The translations under genes were made by a program, and so were the position numbers. The notes beneath the pieces are model-generated. The model did no database searches. It was not told the origin of the DNA and saw only the letters and a list, made by a program, of their open reading frames with translations. 64,000 nucleotides of DNA, from assembly GCF_006345805.1 (NCBI RefSeq), contig NW_021836126.1:186001-250000 (forward strand). The letters run 5' to 3'. The stretch is from Octopus sinensis. Its lineage: Eukaryota. Positions 22,304-37,986 of this stretch are shown piece by piece. Every line of letters starts with the position of its first letter. The stretch's first letter is position 1.

Positions 22304-23149
22304 CTTTTAGAATTACGCTGATATTGTTAATTTAACTTAGTAGTTTTTTTAAATAAAAGTAATTTTTAATTAATTGTAATGGATAACACTAAAATTAATA
22401 AAATACGTTAATTAATCAATATTCTTTTTAATTGATGGGTTTGTTGGTTTGTACATATCTAATTTTTCAGAAGTCACGAAAACCATTAAAAATAGCTTTA
22501 AGATGGGACTTAGAAAAAATTAAGACATATTTTGTACGGATAGAATTAATAAAAATGACATTTTGAAATTGGTCATTCGACGCGTGGTCCATTCAGCGGA
22601 CGGTGACATTAAATTATAATTTATTTTTAAAAAAAAGTCGATATTATTACAAATCCAATTTTTTTTGTCAGGCACTGTACTAAAAATGAAGAGCTAATGC
22701 AATTAAAAAATCTGAATAAGCTGATACATTACAGTCAAAAAAGTTGAATCGGTTGGTGATTTTATTTATAATTAGACATAAGAAACAATTTTTGAAGAGG
22801 AATCTAATGAAAAAAGAGTAAATCTTTCAGAGCTTTTAGATCTCTAAAGGTGAATACAACTTGTGCTTCTCAGGAAATGTAGATATAGATGATCACGCAA
22901 ATATCATGTGAATTACGAAAATTTTGAATTCGACAATTTGGTAAATTTGAGAGGGTCTTTATCAATTTTAAAATTATTTTCTTATTTCAATATTAAATCA
23001 TTGCTTGTGTAAATTATTAAATTTAGAAGAATAATCTCCACCACGAGATTTTCTCAATACATCAGGATTTTCTCCATTGACAAAGTATTTTGACTTTTTT
23101 TTTAATGGATTAACTACTGACAAGAAAGAAATTAAAGATAGCTAAGTTA

Positions 23150-23340
23150 ATTAAAGGCCTCACGAGACACCGGCCAGCCTCGCGAATGGCGAAGCCGTTC
23201 CCTCGGATCACAGCAATCGACAGACGTTCCAGAGCCAAGAAAAACTCTCTTGGATCGTGGCTAGTCCTTGAAATCCGTCGACCGAGCGAGCGAAGGAAGC
23301 GGAGTGTCTTGGGGCCGAAGATCCCGGAGGAAACTTTCGT
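23150..23340 (-). mobile_element. CRE-like LINE 3' fragment
   Basis: SGIFGPKTLRFLRSLGRRI...LERLSIAVIRGNGFAIREAG on the minus strand. Confidence 0.75.
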
Positions 23341-24109
23341 GTAATTTAAGTTTGGGAGAGGCCGACTGACTCTAAAAAAGAATTATCTTGCTGCAAAATA
23401 AACGTGTTTAAACCCATTTTAACGCTGATTTTTCGAGATTATTTAATAAAATATTTAATTTACTGTTTTTACTATTTCTTATAAGTAAATTTAATGACTT
23501 GTTCAATATACCAGATGACGTCCTCATCCTAGACACCTCAAAGGGCGCAAAGATTTCAGAAAAAAGACTTGCCACCTACTTGAAGTGATAAAGGAACGGT
23601 GCACCAATAAACGGCTCTCGCTAACGGTGCACAATAAACGGCTCTCGCTAGCAATAGACAAATCCGCTTATCTGCAAATTAACACCCCAAAGTCACCAGA
23701 TCAGAGTCCTGGGCCTCTAGCTGAAATTGACCGTCCCAGCTGCTTGCTGTGCGTGATGGAAGAGTGGTTCTACTCCAAAGATCTTGGGAAAATTAACAGA
23801 AAATGCAAAATAAACCCGGCGCTATGCTCTGAAGCTAGCTTACAGGCTTGATTCACGAGGATCTGGTTTGCAAGCAGGACGAAGACCAAGCCCCAGAGAT
23901 ACGTTAAAATTTAAAATAATTAAAGCATTAATGAAATAGCCAATTCATATACTTCATAATTTTAAATGAATTTTTTGATTGTCATCTTTAACAATAATGT
24001 ATCTTTTTCGGACACTTGCGTACCCAACTTTGTTACTCATTTTTTAATGGGATTAATCTCATATTTCGTCAAAAATAAAATAATTTTAATTAAGTCTACG
24101 CAGTTCAGG

Positions 24110-25300
24110 GAGCCCTCCAGCCTCACGGATTGCGAAACAGTTGCCGCGGATTACGGCAATAGAGAGACGTTGAAGAAGCCAAAAGGACTCTCTCTGGTCG
24201 TCCTCCTTTTGGCGATTCTTCTCCCCAAACAGCGTAGAAAACAAAGCGACACTCGGCCAAAGACCCCAGAGGTCTCAACGGCGGCTGTGTTGGTGAAGTT
24301 CGGGGTGAGTTCTTCGTACAAAGAACGACATACAATCTCGTCCCACTGGCGCTGGTAGTGCTCAGACTCAGGCCGCCTCGAGTAAAACCGGGCCTTCCAT
24401 AAGAGACCTGCCGCGGCAAAATCTGCAGTCAAGATGGTTTCGGAGAACGATGTCTAAGAGAGTGCGGGAGGCAGAATGAGAGGACAGATAAGCGGAAGAG
24501 CCAAATCGGAACAGGATCTTAGACCAAGGGCCGCTCAGCGCACAGGTAAGGTCGCTGAGACCAGCCAGAATCGTCAAAACAAGATTGCATAGGGAGCTCA
24601 TACCGAGCGTAAGGATATAATCCAAATCAGATAGGAGGTCACTTCTGTGGAAACAGGGTGCACATCTTAGCGTGGATAAATTAGACTTTTCGGTAATACG
24701 AACGTCTGGAAGAATATTGCGGCAAACAGAGGCGGCGGCAGAGAACAAACTTTGTTGAAGGTGGATATTCACAATTTCAGATTTATTTGCGTTAATAGAA
24801 AGGCCAATGGCCGAGAGGGATAGCAGGATAATCCGGAGGTCGTCAAAAACAAACTTCGGGAGGAGCGCAAATAGTTGCGTCGTCTAGGTACCAAATGTTT
24901 ACAGGGGATTGGACAGAATGGGGGAGACATTCACGAAAAAGATACATTATTGTTAAAGATGAAAATTATGAAGTATGTGAATTGGCTTTTTCATTAAAAG
25001 CTTTAATTATTTTAAATTTTTAATAATTAAAAAAAGATTTATTTGCATTAATGGATAGGCCAATGGCCGAGAGGGACGTCGTCAAACATAAGTATGCTTG
25101 GGTATGCGAAAGGAGCCATTTCGCGGCAGTAAGTGATCCCGTCTGATGGAGTTAAAAGCATTAGATACGTCCAGTTTGACCATGATAAACTCCTCGGAAG
25201 ATTCTGACAGTTCACGAAAGGAATGGGCCGCAGCCTCGCAACCTTGAAACGCCGACACCAAGTTGAGCGGGCAGATAATTTGGAGACAAACAGCATGACA
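24110..25300 (-). mobile_element. Decayed CRE-like LINE (RT and RLE pieces)
   Basis: VKLDVSNAFNSIRRD at ~25150 and AAVETSGVFGRVSLCFLRCLGRRIA at ~24250. Confidence 0.75.
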
Positions 25301-27500
25301 GAAAGGAAATGCTACCATTTGGCTTTCATCCCTGTGGAAAATGTTTTATTGGAATTTGAAAATTTTTCTCTTGATGCGACAGGAAAAGAAAACAACCAAA
25401 AAATAATAAAAAAATTTTATTGCTGACCCATCTTGTTTTTGGAGTTGTTTTCATCAGGTATTAAAGTCAATGCCTAGGACAACTAATTCATTAAAAGGTT
25501 GGCATTAGCTGTTGAACAGTTCTTTTAACAGAGCGCACCCAAATTTGGCAGCTTTTGTCAATGTTTTGGCCAGGGAAGAACAAAGACTTTTTGTGATAAT
25601 GACACAAATTAAGTAAGGAAGGTATCTTGAAGTGTCTGCGACAGACTGCAAAAAGGAACTTGAACTGAGAATAGCATGTTAAAATTTTCATGAATTTGAA
25701 GTAGATTGCTATTTTAAGCTAATTGATGGTTTGATTTGCTTTAAATGTTCAGAATAAAAAGTAATTGTTTTAAAATTTTATTTACCCTTAAAATATTTTT
25801 CTTCGTAAACGAGTTGTCGCCAAATAAATTTAGGCGAGTTGTCGCTTAACGGTTTGGTGAGGAATAGATGGCTGAAGAGCGGGAAAAGGACTTTGAAAAA
25901 ATCGCAACTTTTCTCCTTGTCAAATTCAACTCGGAGGAAAAGATAATTTGTGCGTTAGCGGATTCACATCTGTCAGAGTTAGTCAACACGTTTGTAGAAT
26001 GGACTCAAATTGGTAGAATTCCGCAGGTTTTGTGGAGTAAACATGTTTGACAACAATGTTAAATATCTTCCATACCTTAACTAATTCCGTGACTGTTGTT
26101 GATAAAATTTGACAGGTCGGGAGGTATTTGGACTCACATAGTGCCATCGTAGATACGTGTGTCCTCGATTTGAAAGACACCTATGCAGATCAAAAAGTAG
26201 ACATATTTGTTCACATTAGGAAACGGCCACGATATTCCAGTCTAGATGTACTGAGATCCTCACAGAGGCAGTCAAATTCGCCCTTTTCCATACAATTATC
26301 ATGCGGCGAACTGGCCATGGTTCCAGGAGATTTTGAATTCAAAATTAAAGAATTGCAATCTGTACAACTTTAGCTTTCTCGACAAAGTCATCGGCTTCTT
26401 TACGAAGACTATTCTGGAAGCAAGAGCAATGGCTATATCCAATCGCCAACCTCATGCTGCCGACCTGGCCAAGGAAATAAATCGTCTCAGGAAATCCAAC
26501 CATTTAACAAGGAATTGAAGACTAGTAAATACAGATACATTTGTTTGAAATGGAATCAGATCCTTACAGCCGTGAACCGAAATCGTTCAACAGCAGAAGT
26601 ATGGAAAGCAATTCGGCACGTGACCAAAATGTAACAACAAAGCATATTCCTTCAATATCATTATGAGAATAGAGAACATTAATGCACCAATTGATGTAGA
26701 AATGAAAGCTCTTTGACCATTCATTAGAGAAGATGCTGAGGAAGAAATTCAATTTTTGGAGGATCGCAACTATTCTCTTAGCTACTTGCATCTAATATTG
26801 TTTCTGATTTAAAAAAAATTGTTGGAAATAAAGTAACCGATAATGAAAATATTACGAAAAATTTGTTATCAAAATACGATAAAATAACGAAAACAGCAGA
26901 AAAAATGAAAAACAAGCGAAAATAGAAATTCAACGAAAATGACATTAAGGTTGTGTTATTATACGGATTAAGGTCAGGGATAAACTTTATTTAATAATTC
27001 TTTATTTTTAAAACTATGATTGATTAGAAATCTATGCCAAAGGCAAATAGCTGGGTAATCTAATATCTGCTATTAATCTGATTAGTCCTGGGTTTGATTT
27101 CCAGGGGCTGCCTGTGCCAGAAGCTCCGATTAGGTTTGAAAACTGACGCCGTCATGACATCTAATACACACAGATTCCAAAGATACGTTGCTGTGATGAT
27201 TGGATCAATAAATTTCCCTAAAACAACATACCTGACATTGTTTAAGTCGATAGAATCTCCTCCTAAGAAGAACATGATTGCGAAGATAGGCGACGATGCA
27301 CTTGGAATAATTTGATTCAAAACGAAAATTTCTCTTTGTTAATTTTAAATTCGCAAATTATATGAAATAAGGTAATTTTTTGTTTAAATTTTAGCTTACG
27401 AAATACTTAAAAATCTTTAACCCAATTCATTCCATGTCACATGTAGAGTTCATCTATTACACAATTGTTCTGAGAAATGGTTATTTAATATTTATTTATA

Positions 27501-28790
27501 CAGTAAACCAAAATAAAAAACGAACACTACATTTTTCAAAAAATTTCCAAGAAACGAATCAAAAAAATATCTAAATAGAATTTTAACAATATATAAACAA
27601 TAACTAATATTTTTATTTTTGCAAAAAAAAATATTTACCGCCTTTTTACGGCAAAAGTATAATCTGAACCAAAATAAAAAACGAACAAAATTTTTTATTT
27701 GTAAATGTTATTAAATATATGATTTTTTTAAAACATTATTAATATTTTGCACGCTATAATAACTTATTATGGCCAGACAATTGAGTTTTGAAGAAAAGGG
27801 AACAATTACCGGTATTTACAAATGCGGAAAGACGTATCGCGAAATACAACGTATAACTAAAAGATGGTGTAAAAGATCACTTGATACCATATCGAAAACA
27901 ATTCGAAAATAAACAAAATATTCCAAGCACAAGAAATATGGTTCTGGTCGTCCCCGGCTCCTAAATGAACAAGATTTTAAAAAATCAATAAGGCAAAGGA
28001 TTGAAGATCAAATTTACTGAAAGAAGAAACTGGGAAAAATGTACACCTGAAACAATCAGAAATACACTAAAACAGAGAGGTTTCAAAGCATTCCCGCCTA
28101 CTAAAAGACCACATCTTACTAAAAACACAAAGAACGAAGAATGGAAATCTGTCAAAGATGGAATATGCTATTGGAATCATGTTATATTCAGCGATGAATG
28201 CAAATTCAACTTAGTAAACAACGACGGACGAAGATTTGTATGGAGACAACAATCCGAAAAGTTTGTTTCACGTAATATTACTGAAACCGTAAAATTTGGA
28301 AAAGGAAGTGTGATGATATGTGGTGCATTAACGTCTGAATATTTTAGTAATCTGGTTTGGATAAAAAAATAATGAATGAATCATTGTATGTTAACATTTT
28401 GGAAAACAATTTGTTGCCATTTCTGGAAAAAATAGGATTATTGATCAAATTTTTCAACAGGACAACAACCCAAAACACACATGTGTGCTTGCAAAAATAT
28501 TCTTTGAGACTAATAATATCGAATTGCTACCTTGGCCAGCGCAAAGCCCGGATCTTAACCACATTGGAATCAAGGAATCATTAGATCATTCAAATCGCAT
28601 TTCAACAAATTTAAACATATAATTAAAAAATAAATAACGGTGAAGCAAATATTGAATGCTATAAAATATTAACGCTGAAAGATGGAGTCTTATTTTCTTA
28701 TCTTGCCTGGAAAAATGTGTCGATGAATACAATATCAAAATGTTTTCAGCACGCCAAATGGGAAAAAGCATTGAAGAACCTATTAAGTGA
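27501..28790 (+). mobile_element. Tc1-family transposon, decayed
   Basis: TA|CAGT left end at 27501 with an internal direct repeat at ~27664. MARQLSFEEKG at 27769, GSGRPR, WNHVIFSDECKFNL, F-Q-DN-PKH and WPAQSPDLNHI remnants. Confidence 0.85.
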
Positions 28791-30489
28791 GACCATAAAA
28801 TTAAAAAAATTCGAACAAATTATAGATAAATTAATCCCATAAAAGAAGAGGAGTTTATAGCGTTTACGTACTCTGAAAATGACAAACTTCATGAATTTCT
28901 ACAAAAACAATAACGATGAAAATGGCAATTTAGACAGTTCAATTATTAAAGATTGTGAAAGAAACGAATATATTACACATCGAGACGCGATAAAAAGTCC
29001 TCGGACCTCAAAAAATATTTTTCACATGACGATCATTTTAATGTGAATATGCATGAAGGTTTAATAAAAATGCAAAAAAATATAGAGAAAAGATCATTCA
29101 AAAAAACTATTAATAATTACTTTACTTAAAATTTTGGTTTTTTAATAAATGTTTCAGATATTTATTTTAATGTTTAGAATCATTCAAATAGGTAGTTAAA
29201 AGTTATAGAAAATTTTTTTTTGACAGAAGATAGGATATTGATTATTTCTTTTACTCGACAAATTCTCTTAGTCGCCAAATTTGGCTTGGTCCCAATTGAC
29301 TAAATTCGTAACTATCCAATGAAGATCAAGAACCAAGACTTATACTCCATTTTCAAAACAGAACAGTTAGATGCAACTATTACGGGGTGTGTGGCACAAG
29401 CGACGAGAAGATTGTAACATTCTTTCTTGTTGTTGCGGATGTGCAATTAATAATAATTATTATTATTCGATCACAGACTTTATGCGCCCTTCGAATAAGA
29501 TTTAATATTAGACGAATTATTGATTAGACGAATTGTCTTTATTTCAATATTTCTTCGAAAAAATTTTGATAATGTCTAAAACGAGAAGCTTACATTAGAA
29601 AAAAACATTCAGGGGTCGGTAAATACTTTAAAGAAGAGTTAATTTTTGAAAGTTTCGAAAAATTATTTCTTTCACATATTTTGTAATTTAGGAAAATGTA
29701 AAATATCCTGTATTATATTCTCTTCAACGGAATTAATTTTTTCGAACAATATCGCCTTCACAAGATAAAAAATGTCATATTTCAATTTCTTTGAATTTTA
29801 TTTATTTAGAAGTTTGCTTTTGAAGCCGGGAAACAACTTTCTTGGGAAAGACTCTCTCTCAAAGAAAACCTTAGTTTCTTCTGCTTTTAGACACGTTCGG
29901 CGGCAGAGAAGGATGTTCTTTGAAAATTTCGAAGTAGAGCCATTTGGTTCATTGTTTCTGCTTTTGGCTATTGCCGTGGAGACGTCTTGTTTTTTTGCGC
30001 CAAAACTTTCCTAACCTTAATAAAATTGGCGGTTTATGGATCCGTCGTTCCAGTGATTTTAGGAATTTACGTTTCTGATCCAGAGGATCTCGCTGGTCGT
30101 CTTACGCGGGAATTGTCTATCAATCATGCGGCAAGTTCAGCTTAGTCTTTTTCTTTCTTTCGTTTATTATGATTTTGGTTTTTAGAATAAAAGTTTTATC
30201 TTTAAAAAAAGTTTATCTAGATGTCACATCAACCGTAAAATAAAATTTCTGCATCCATTAGCCCTAAGTTCAAGGAGGCAACCCGACAAGTAGTTGAGGA
30301 TGTAATCTCGAAGGTAAGTCGCGCCTTAGCGTCGCGCCTACTAAAAATTATGTAGGAAGACGAAGTAGCGGATATCCTTTATACTGCACTTTGTCTCCCT
30401 AAGATTAATCTCTATTAGTGAAAATCAATTAAATTGTATAAAAATTCACGATTTATTCCAAAACTTATGTATTGATTATTTTACAATTT

Positions 30490-31100
30490 ATCATGGAAGA
30501 TATTGGCACCTGTCAAACTTGTAAAGGCGGGTCCGTACGTAGTTGATGGCTACAACTGCTGTCACATACCCTGGAAACCGGGGTCAATATATGGCACGGG
30601 AACTAGCCTCTTCTACAAGCCGTACATCGCTTGGCAAAGTTCAGCTTTATGTTCTTGTAGCCTATCTGAATTCTTTCAAGTAAGGATTTGCATAGGTAAC
30701 TTTACATTTTACCTAGAGGCGATGTATTCGAAGAACTTTAAAAGTATTCCTGGCACGTACGGGAGTTCTTTCGAAAGCATCCGAAGGCGATGTTTGTTGG
30801 GGATCTGAATGCTTGGTTTCAGGGTAATTAACGCGCATGGTTTGGCTCTGAAGACGCTGGTTGAAAACCTCGGGCTGGAAGCAAGATTTCAAGTGAGCCA
30901 AACCATATCGACTCGCGAGGAGGACGAGCCTGGGACTTGCTCTGGTCAGCCCTGGAATGCTCCCGATTAACCAGTTTGAACATAGGTCCCACACATGTAC
31001 GGAAAAATTTTGATTCCTGCTCTGTGGTGACGAATACAGTCGCCTCACAACAAAAAATATTTGGGATCTGCACAGTCTTACCCATCATGTTGAGTCTCAT
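30490..31100 (+). mobile_element. APE fragment of the same LINE family as E2/E3
   Basis: DGYNCCHIPWKPGSIYGTGTSLFYK compared with E3 DGYRSLDIKWKPGSIAGTGTSIYYK. Confidence 0.75.
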
Positions 31101-31329
31101 TTGGGGTATTTTCTTTTTTCTCATGAATTGAATTTTTACTTTTACTAGAACAGGGATGTCAAACATGCGGCTCTCAGCGTACTTTTGAAAACATAAGCGC
31201 GGTCTGATTTAATCGCTATAAAATACAAAAAATTATTTTTTATTTTTTTACATTTAATTAAAATTTTTAAGTGTATTTTCCGTGTCATATGTTCCTCACG
31301 TAGAATCTGATTGTATTTTCCGTTTCCTC

Positions 31330-31800
31330 TGTTTTTCACCTCACGTAGAATCGATCGTATCAACCTGTATAAACAAGATCAATTTTGTAAAAGCTTTCCT
31401 TTGGAACTGTGGGAGAACTTATCCGCCAGGGGTAGAGACCCTTTACAAGCAGTATATCGAGCCAACAATAGGCTATGCATGTGCTGATTGGGGCTATAAC
31501 CTGGCGGCAACGAACCGGCCAAAAATCGAAAAAATTCAAGAAAGATCTATCAACCTACTGAAGGACCATACCGATAGGGAAATTGTCCATAGAACACTGG
31601 AGTCTCACGTAGAGGCAAATGGGGGGATCGTGGAAATGGACCACAAACCATTCACCGTACATACAGAAAGTGTGTGGGGTCACGGTCGGAACATCGTGAA
31701 AAGATGGCTCGACTGTTGAGAAGTGTCGGAATCACCTGAACGTGTTAGTTAATGGTTAAGACGGTGATTTTGTTTGGCTTAAATAATAATAATCATCATT
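31330..31800 (+). mobile_element. LINE 3' end (RT C-terminus plus (AAT)n tail)
   Basis: LYKQYIEPTIGYAC..W..KIEKIQER followed by AAATAATAATAAT. Close copies lie on the minus strand at 63130-63480 and 63500-63990. Confidence 0.8.
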
Positions 31801-31849
31801 TGCTAATTTTCATTGTATTATTCATCAGCAATATTTGTGCTCAAGGATA

Positions 31850-32538
31850 ATAAAAAATCCTTGACCAACACCGCCTGGCATGCCTTCGTGCGGCATCCGC
31901 CCCTCACTCTGGCAGCTGGCTGAATGCTCTTCCTCTTTCCGCATCGGGACACGGCTAGACGATGCTGCCATACGCATCGAGTGGCTCACCGTCTCGGCCT
32001 GAATGTTTGCGCAGACACCGCTGCAGATGCGGTGAGAACGTTGACGAAAAGAAACTGCACCCACTTTCCTGCAAGAGGAGCGCAGGCAGAGAACACAGAC
32101 ACAAGGCCCTCAATGAAATCGTGAAGGGCGGTCTCGAACCGGTCGGACTCGATCGGAGAGACGGCAAAAGGCCTGACGGGATGACAATATTCCCGTAATC
32201 GTCGGGGAAGGCCCTCGTATGGGACGTTACCGTTGTGGATACCTTTTCAAAATCGAGGATCCATTCTTCCGCCGCAAACCCTTGTTCAGCTGCAAACCAC
32301 GCCGAAAAGATGAAACTACAAAAATATTCTTCGCTCGCGGACCGCTACCGCGTTACGGCAATCGCCCTGGAGACCGCTGGAGCAGCTGGAAAGGAGACTG
32401 ACTCGTTCCTCAAAGAGGTCGGGCAGTCCATTGGGAGTAAGCTCAAGGACACGAGAGAGGCCCTCTGGTTCCGCCAGCGCATCGGTCTGGCCATTGTTCG
32501 GGGCAACGCACACTGCGTCCTTGCCGCTGGGACTTAAC
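31850..32538 (+). mobile_element. CRE-like LINE 3' part with restriction-like endonuclease
   Basis: HPLSCKRSAGREHRHKALNEIVK, KRPDGMTIFP*SGKALVWDVTVVDT, then ALETAG and FRQRIGLAIVRGNA. Confidence 0.85.
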
Positions 32539-32629
32539 GATTTTCGGTGTTAATTGATAAAAAAATTAACGATTAATAATACATTTTGTAACAAAAATTT
32601 TTGGTTGAAAAAAAAAAGATAATAAAAAT

Positions 32630-32760
32630 CGAAAATACCATTAGTTTGGTCACGAAAATAGTAAACTATATCAGAAGTCATCCCCTCAACCACCGAGATT
32701 TTACTAAACTGCTGATAGATATTAATAATCAGTTCAGCGACATTCCTTTTATAGTCCAGT
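32630..32760 (+). mobile_element. hAT (GTF2IRD2/SPIN-like) transposase fragment
   Basis: LVTKIVNYIRSHPLNHRDF. A hAT-like terminus CAGGGATGTCAAAC lies at 31150. Confidence 0.55.
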
Positions 32761-33322
32761 CAACTCAAAGAAAATTTTGAAAGAAAGAAAAACGTAAAAA
32801 AGAATAAGTCCCAAGAAACGAACATGATAATTTTAATTCCTGATTAAACAATTGTAAAAAAATAATAAATGTTAAAGACCTAGGGAATGCAAAGTTCGCA
32901 TTAAAATGATATAAACCTCAAGAGCTTTCAATTCTTTATCACACTCTTTACGGTGCATATTGAGCTTTTCAGTATACTGCTGTTTTTGATAAAATATTTA
33001 AGTGCCTCTTTTACACTTTATTTGTGCCTTTGATAGCATTGATTGGTTATTCAATAAATATTGATCACGTAATAGTATTCAGATTAAATCAATAACTCAA
33101 TTCAAAAAATAAAACTACAAAAATGACAAATCCAGTATCTATTCAACTGATTTTAGTGAAAAATTCAAAAAACAAAATTAAATCATGAAATAAACTAGAA
33201 AATTCAGCTAAAAATATTCTCTCCTAAAGTTGTTGTGGTGTTGTGCATGTCCGTTCCTAATGATATGAGGAAATCGAATCCTAGGGGCCTTCCTGCGAAA
33301 AAGGATAAAAATAACATAACAA

Positions 33323-34724
33323 GTGCAGGAGTGTCGTCTCTGGGGCTGGATAACAGCACAAGGACTAGTATTCATGACAATCCAATTGCTGGGAATCCTA
33401 CTATCCCCAACTAACTTGCATTCCCTTTCGGCCATTATCGATGATGCTATTTGTGTTTCTGAAGCTGAGTGGGTGTCTCAGATTGTTTATGCCACGAAGC
33501 AAAGAATTGGGAGGATACCAAGAGGTGGATGGAACCTTATCCGTGAGAAGTTTAATTCAAAATTCTTGAAGAGTGCAAGTCTCAGTCAACTCAAAGGAAT
33601 GGTTAAACCAATGAGAGTGGATAGTAATTATGGAAGCAATTGCCATCAGAAGCAATTTCTTGAGAGCTCAGAAATTTCCACTTTTAGAAAGTGTCTAGAA
33701 GAGTTGAATATACAAATTAAGAATATTGAATCGATTCCAAGGGATTCACGTAAACCAACTCCAAAAATTCAAAATAAATATTTGAAAACTGATATATTGA
33801 CAGGATTGAATTCGGCGATATATTATATTACGAAAGATAATCATCCTAATGATATCAATAGCATTTCTGATATTCTATATGCTGCTCAATGTGCGTATTT
33901 ATCTCTAACCATGAGAGACAAAGCACAGAGCACATGGGTAGAAAATATTGAAAAGAAAATTTCAAAATTATCTGCAGAATTGGAAATTGTTAATTCTCAT
34001 TCCAATCAAACACTACCTCCATCTGAAAAGCAAAAGGTAATGGATGTTCTCTGTCGCTATGGGTATAAGAAAACTAAGAAAGGTGAGCTGTCGAGGATTC
34101 AGATATTATTGCAAGACCTGATTAGGATTAAAAATAAGAAAATAGAAGTTCATAATTCAAGGAAGCAATTTTGTAAGGATAATCAGTGCTTTGAATTAAA
34201 TCGAAAAAAATTCTATCGAGACTTAACAAAGAAAGAGGAAGTGACGCTGTATGGATTTGATGATGAAGAATGTGTCTCTTTTTGGCAAAAAGTCTGGAGC
34301 GAGAGAAATGGGAGGCCTCAATCTTATGACGTTGTTGGAAAACGAACTACTTGTGCTGAACATATGCTTCCAGAGTTTACGGAAGAGTTTTTTGGAAATG
34401 TTATTAAGTATCTTCCTGACTGGAAGGCATGTGGATGTGATGGGATATATAACTTTTTCATTAAGAAGATGGAGTCATTACATGGATTTCTGTGTCACGA
34501 GATAACCCGAATAATTAATGGAGAGTACATGCCTGAAAGTTGGTTTTACACTGGAATAACATATTTGATTCCTAAAAAAGATGATTGTGAGACCCCGAAG
34601 GACTTACGTCCTATAACGTGTATGCCGACATTGTATAAACTTGTCACCAAATGTGTTAATGTAAAACTGGCTGATTTTGTCGAGGCATTTGGCCTAATTT
34701 CAGACAACCAACTTGGAACGAGGA
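33323..34724 (+). mobile_element. R4/Dong-like LINE, RT N-terminal half, truncated by duplication copy B
   Basis: FELNRKKFYRDL, FWQKVW, WKACGCDGIYNFFIK, GITYLIPK and DLRPITCMPTLYKL. The reading frame runs into the duplicated segment at 34725. Confidence 0.85.
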
Positions 34725-36705
34725 AGGTAATGATTTTAGGATCAATTGATGAATATCTGAGTTTTGAAAAACGATAACTTCTCCCATAAATTGGATTAAT
34801 TCCAAGAATCTTCTGTTTGTCCAACAATCGTTAATTGCACGTCTCGAAATTTATTTTTTGAAACGCAACGAAAAAATTTCTGAAACATGACTTAAACTCA
34901 GAGAAGAGTTATCAATAAGATAATTTATAATTTCTCTTTTTTGATCATAAAATAATCTAGAGCACTTCCTCGTGTTACACAAAACAAATAATAAATTTTA
35001 ATTTTTTAATACTAAAAAGTGGCGAGTAAGAGAATTTTGCGAGCAATGGACTTTCTTAGTAAAAATGGCATTTTTTCCAAAAAAGTGGAAAGAAATAGAG
35101 GGTAAACTGTAGTTTGTTTTTGGCAATAATTAAGGATATCTAAAATAAATGCTTGAATTATCAATACCTCATATGAGCTAGTAGACATAATTTATCTATT
35201 GGTCTAAATCCGAAAGTTTTCAAGATTTATCATGTTTAGTTCTTTTTGCAATAAAACTGTCGACAGTGTCAAGATTTTGTGGGTGAGTTTTTTTCCTTAT
35301 GTCATTTTAATTGTGCGGCTTCAAAAAGTTGTTTCCCATTATGACGTCGCATATCATACACTGCGCTTAATCGACGTTTTCAGATCCAGTATATTGGGTA
35401 AATTCACATTGGACATGAGGACCATTGCTAGTAAAATTAACTAATTTTTAAAATAATTAATAACAAAACAATTGTCAGTTAACTAATTAACCCAGCCGAA
35501 CGGATTGCTTGCGCGTTCCCGCGCACGATTGCGAGCGAGATCCTCTGCCACAACCAAGAGGACTCGCGAGCATCCATCTTCTTCGAGCGATGAGGATACC
35601 GAGGTCTTTTAAGAAGCATGTGGTCTGCGGACCGGAAGCGCCTGATGTCTCAAAAGCCACAGGCACGAAGGAATGCTGAGTGGATTAACTAATTATATTT
35701 TTAATTTAAAAAAGATATAAACACAGACATAGATAATTTAAACTTCGGCGCATAAGATGGCTTGGAAGTTACTTCGAATGATTGGTTTTAGTTTCACAAT
35801 AATTTAATCTTTTTTACATTTTAACATTTAATACTTCTTGGATTTTTCTATAAAACTCTATTTCTTGCCTATTTTTATATTTATTAAAATTTTACTATAT
35901 GAAAATTCAATAATTTCATTAATCTATTTTTTGTTCTTTCTCAGTCTCTGTTTTTGAATGAGAATTTTGAGATGTTAATATGTCGCGAGCCGCGAATAAA
36001 ACCGAGCCGAAAGTGAAACTGCCATCAATTTCAATCCTGTCAATCATTGTCAAAAATATAATAATCAATTATTTCAAAGAAAACATTAACTAATTATTGT
36101 TAATTATTTTTTCGATTGATGCACTCTCATCTCTTTATTCATTTTTTATAATAAAGAGAATTCAAATCTACCCAAAGGAAAATCCAATTTTTAATTATTT
36201 TTTCTAAAATTATAACGCTTACTTTATGTTTTGGGACTGTTTTTACTGCCTGGCTTTATACTGCCAAGACTTCTATACTTGAGCGAACATCAAAAAACAG
36301 TAGAATTGGATATTCTGAAATCGCTCGATAGTTCTCTAAAGTTGGCAGCTGAAAAAATCTCTAACATATGCTTTAATCACGCTCGATGGACTTGCTGCAA
36401 ATCATCACTACGCCCTTTGAAGTTGGACTACGTTCGCCACTGAACATGACCCTTCCTGCCTTTCTTTCCTCAGGCGCCAGCTCCCACGTTTTCATCGCCC
36501 GAATCCTACGTTACTCTCGCGGATTGGAAGAAGATCGGGTTTCTACATCGAGAATTTAATAGTCAATCTCAAAACTTGACTTTGCTTTGAGATCAATGAC
36601 TTCACCAAATTGTCGGAGGGACAGAAGACCACATGGAGAAGCTTTCGTAAAAGATTGAGTTGAATCTAGGTTATAACAGGTGTTTTGGTTATATATGGAG
36701 GACAG
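34725..36705 (+). repeat. Segmental duplication copy B
   Basis: Near-identical to 18699-20668. Confidence 0.95.
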
Positions 36706-36959
36706 TACATCCCAGGCCAACTTTGAAGCCTTACTCCCAGTCAAGATCATTGTGTTTGACCTCTCTTTTTCTAGCCGGTAGCAGGACGACGGTACTTTAA
36801 ATTGAGTGCGAACATGCTCACGTAGAGTAATGTCTTTTTCATATCTTTTTCATGTATAAGCTTTGATTGATGCGCCAATAATACAGCACTTAAATCGATG
36901 AAAGTTACTTATTAATTAAAAAAGCTGCCCATTTTAACAGCAATTGTATGCGGTGACTA

Positions 36960-37986
<1,027 letters not shown>

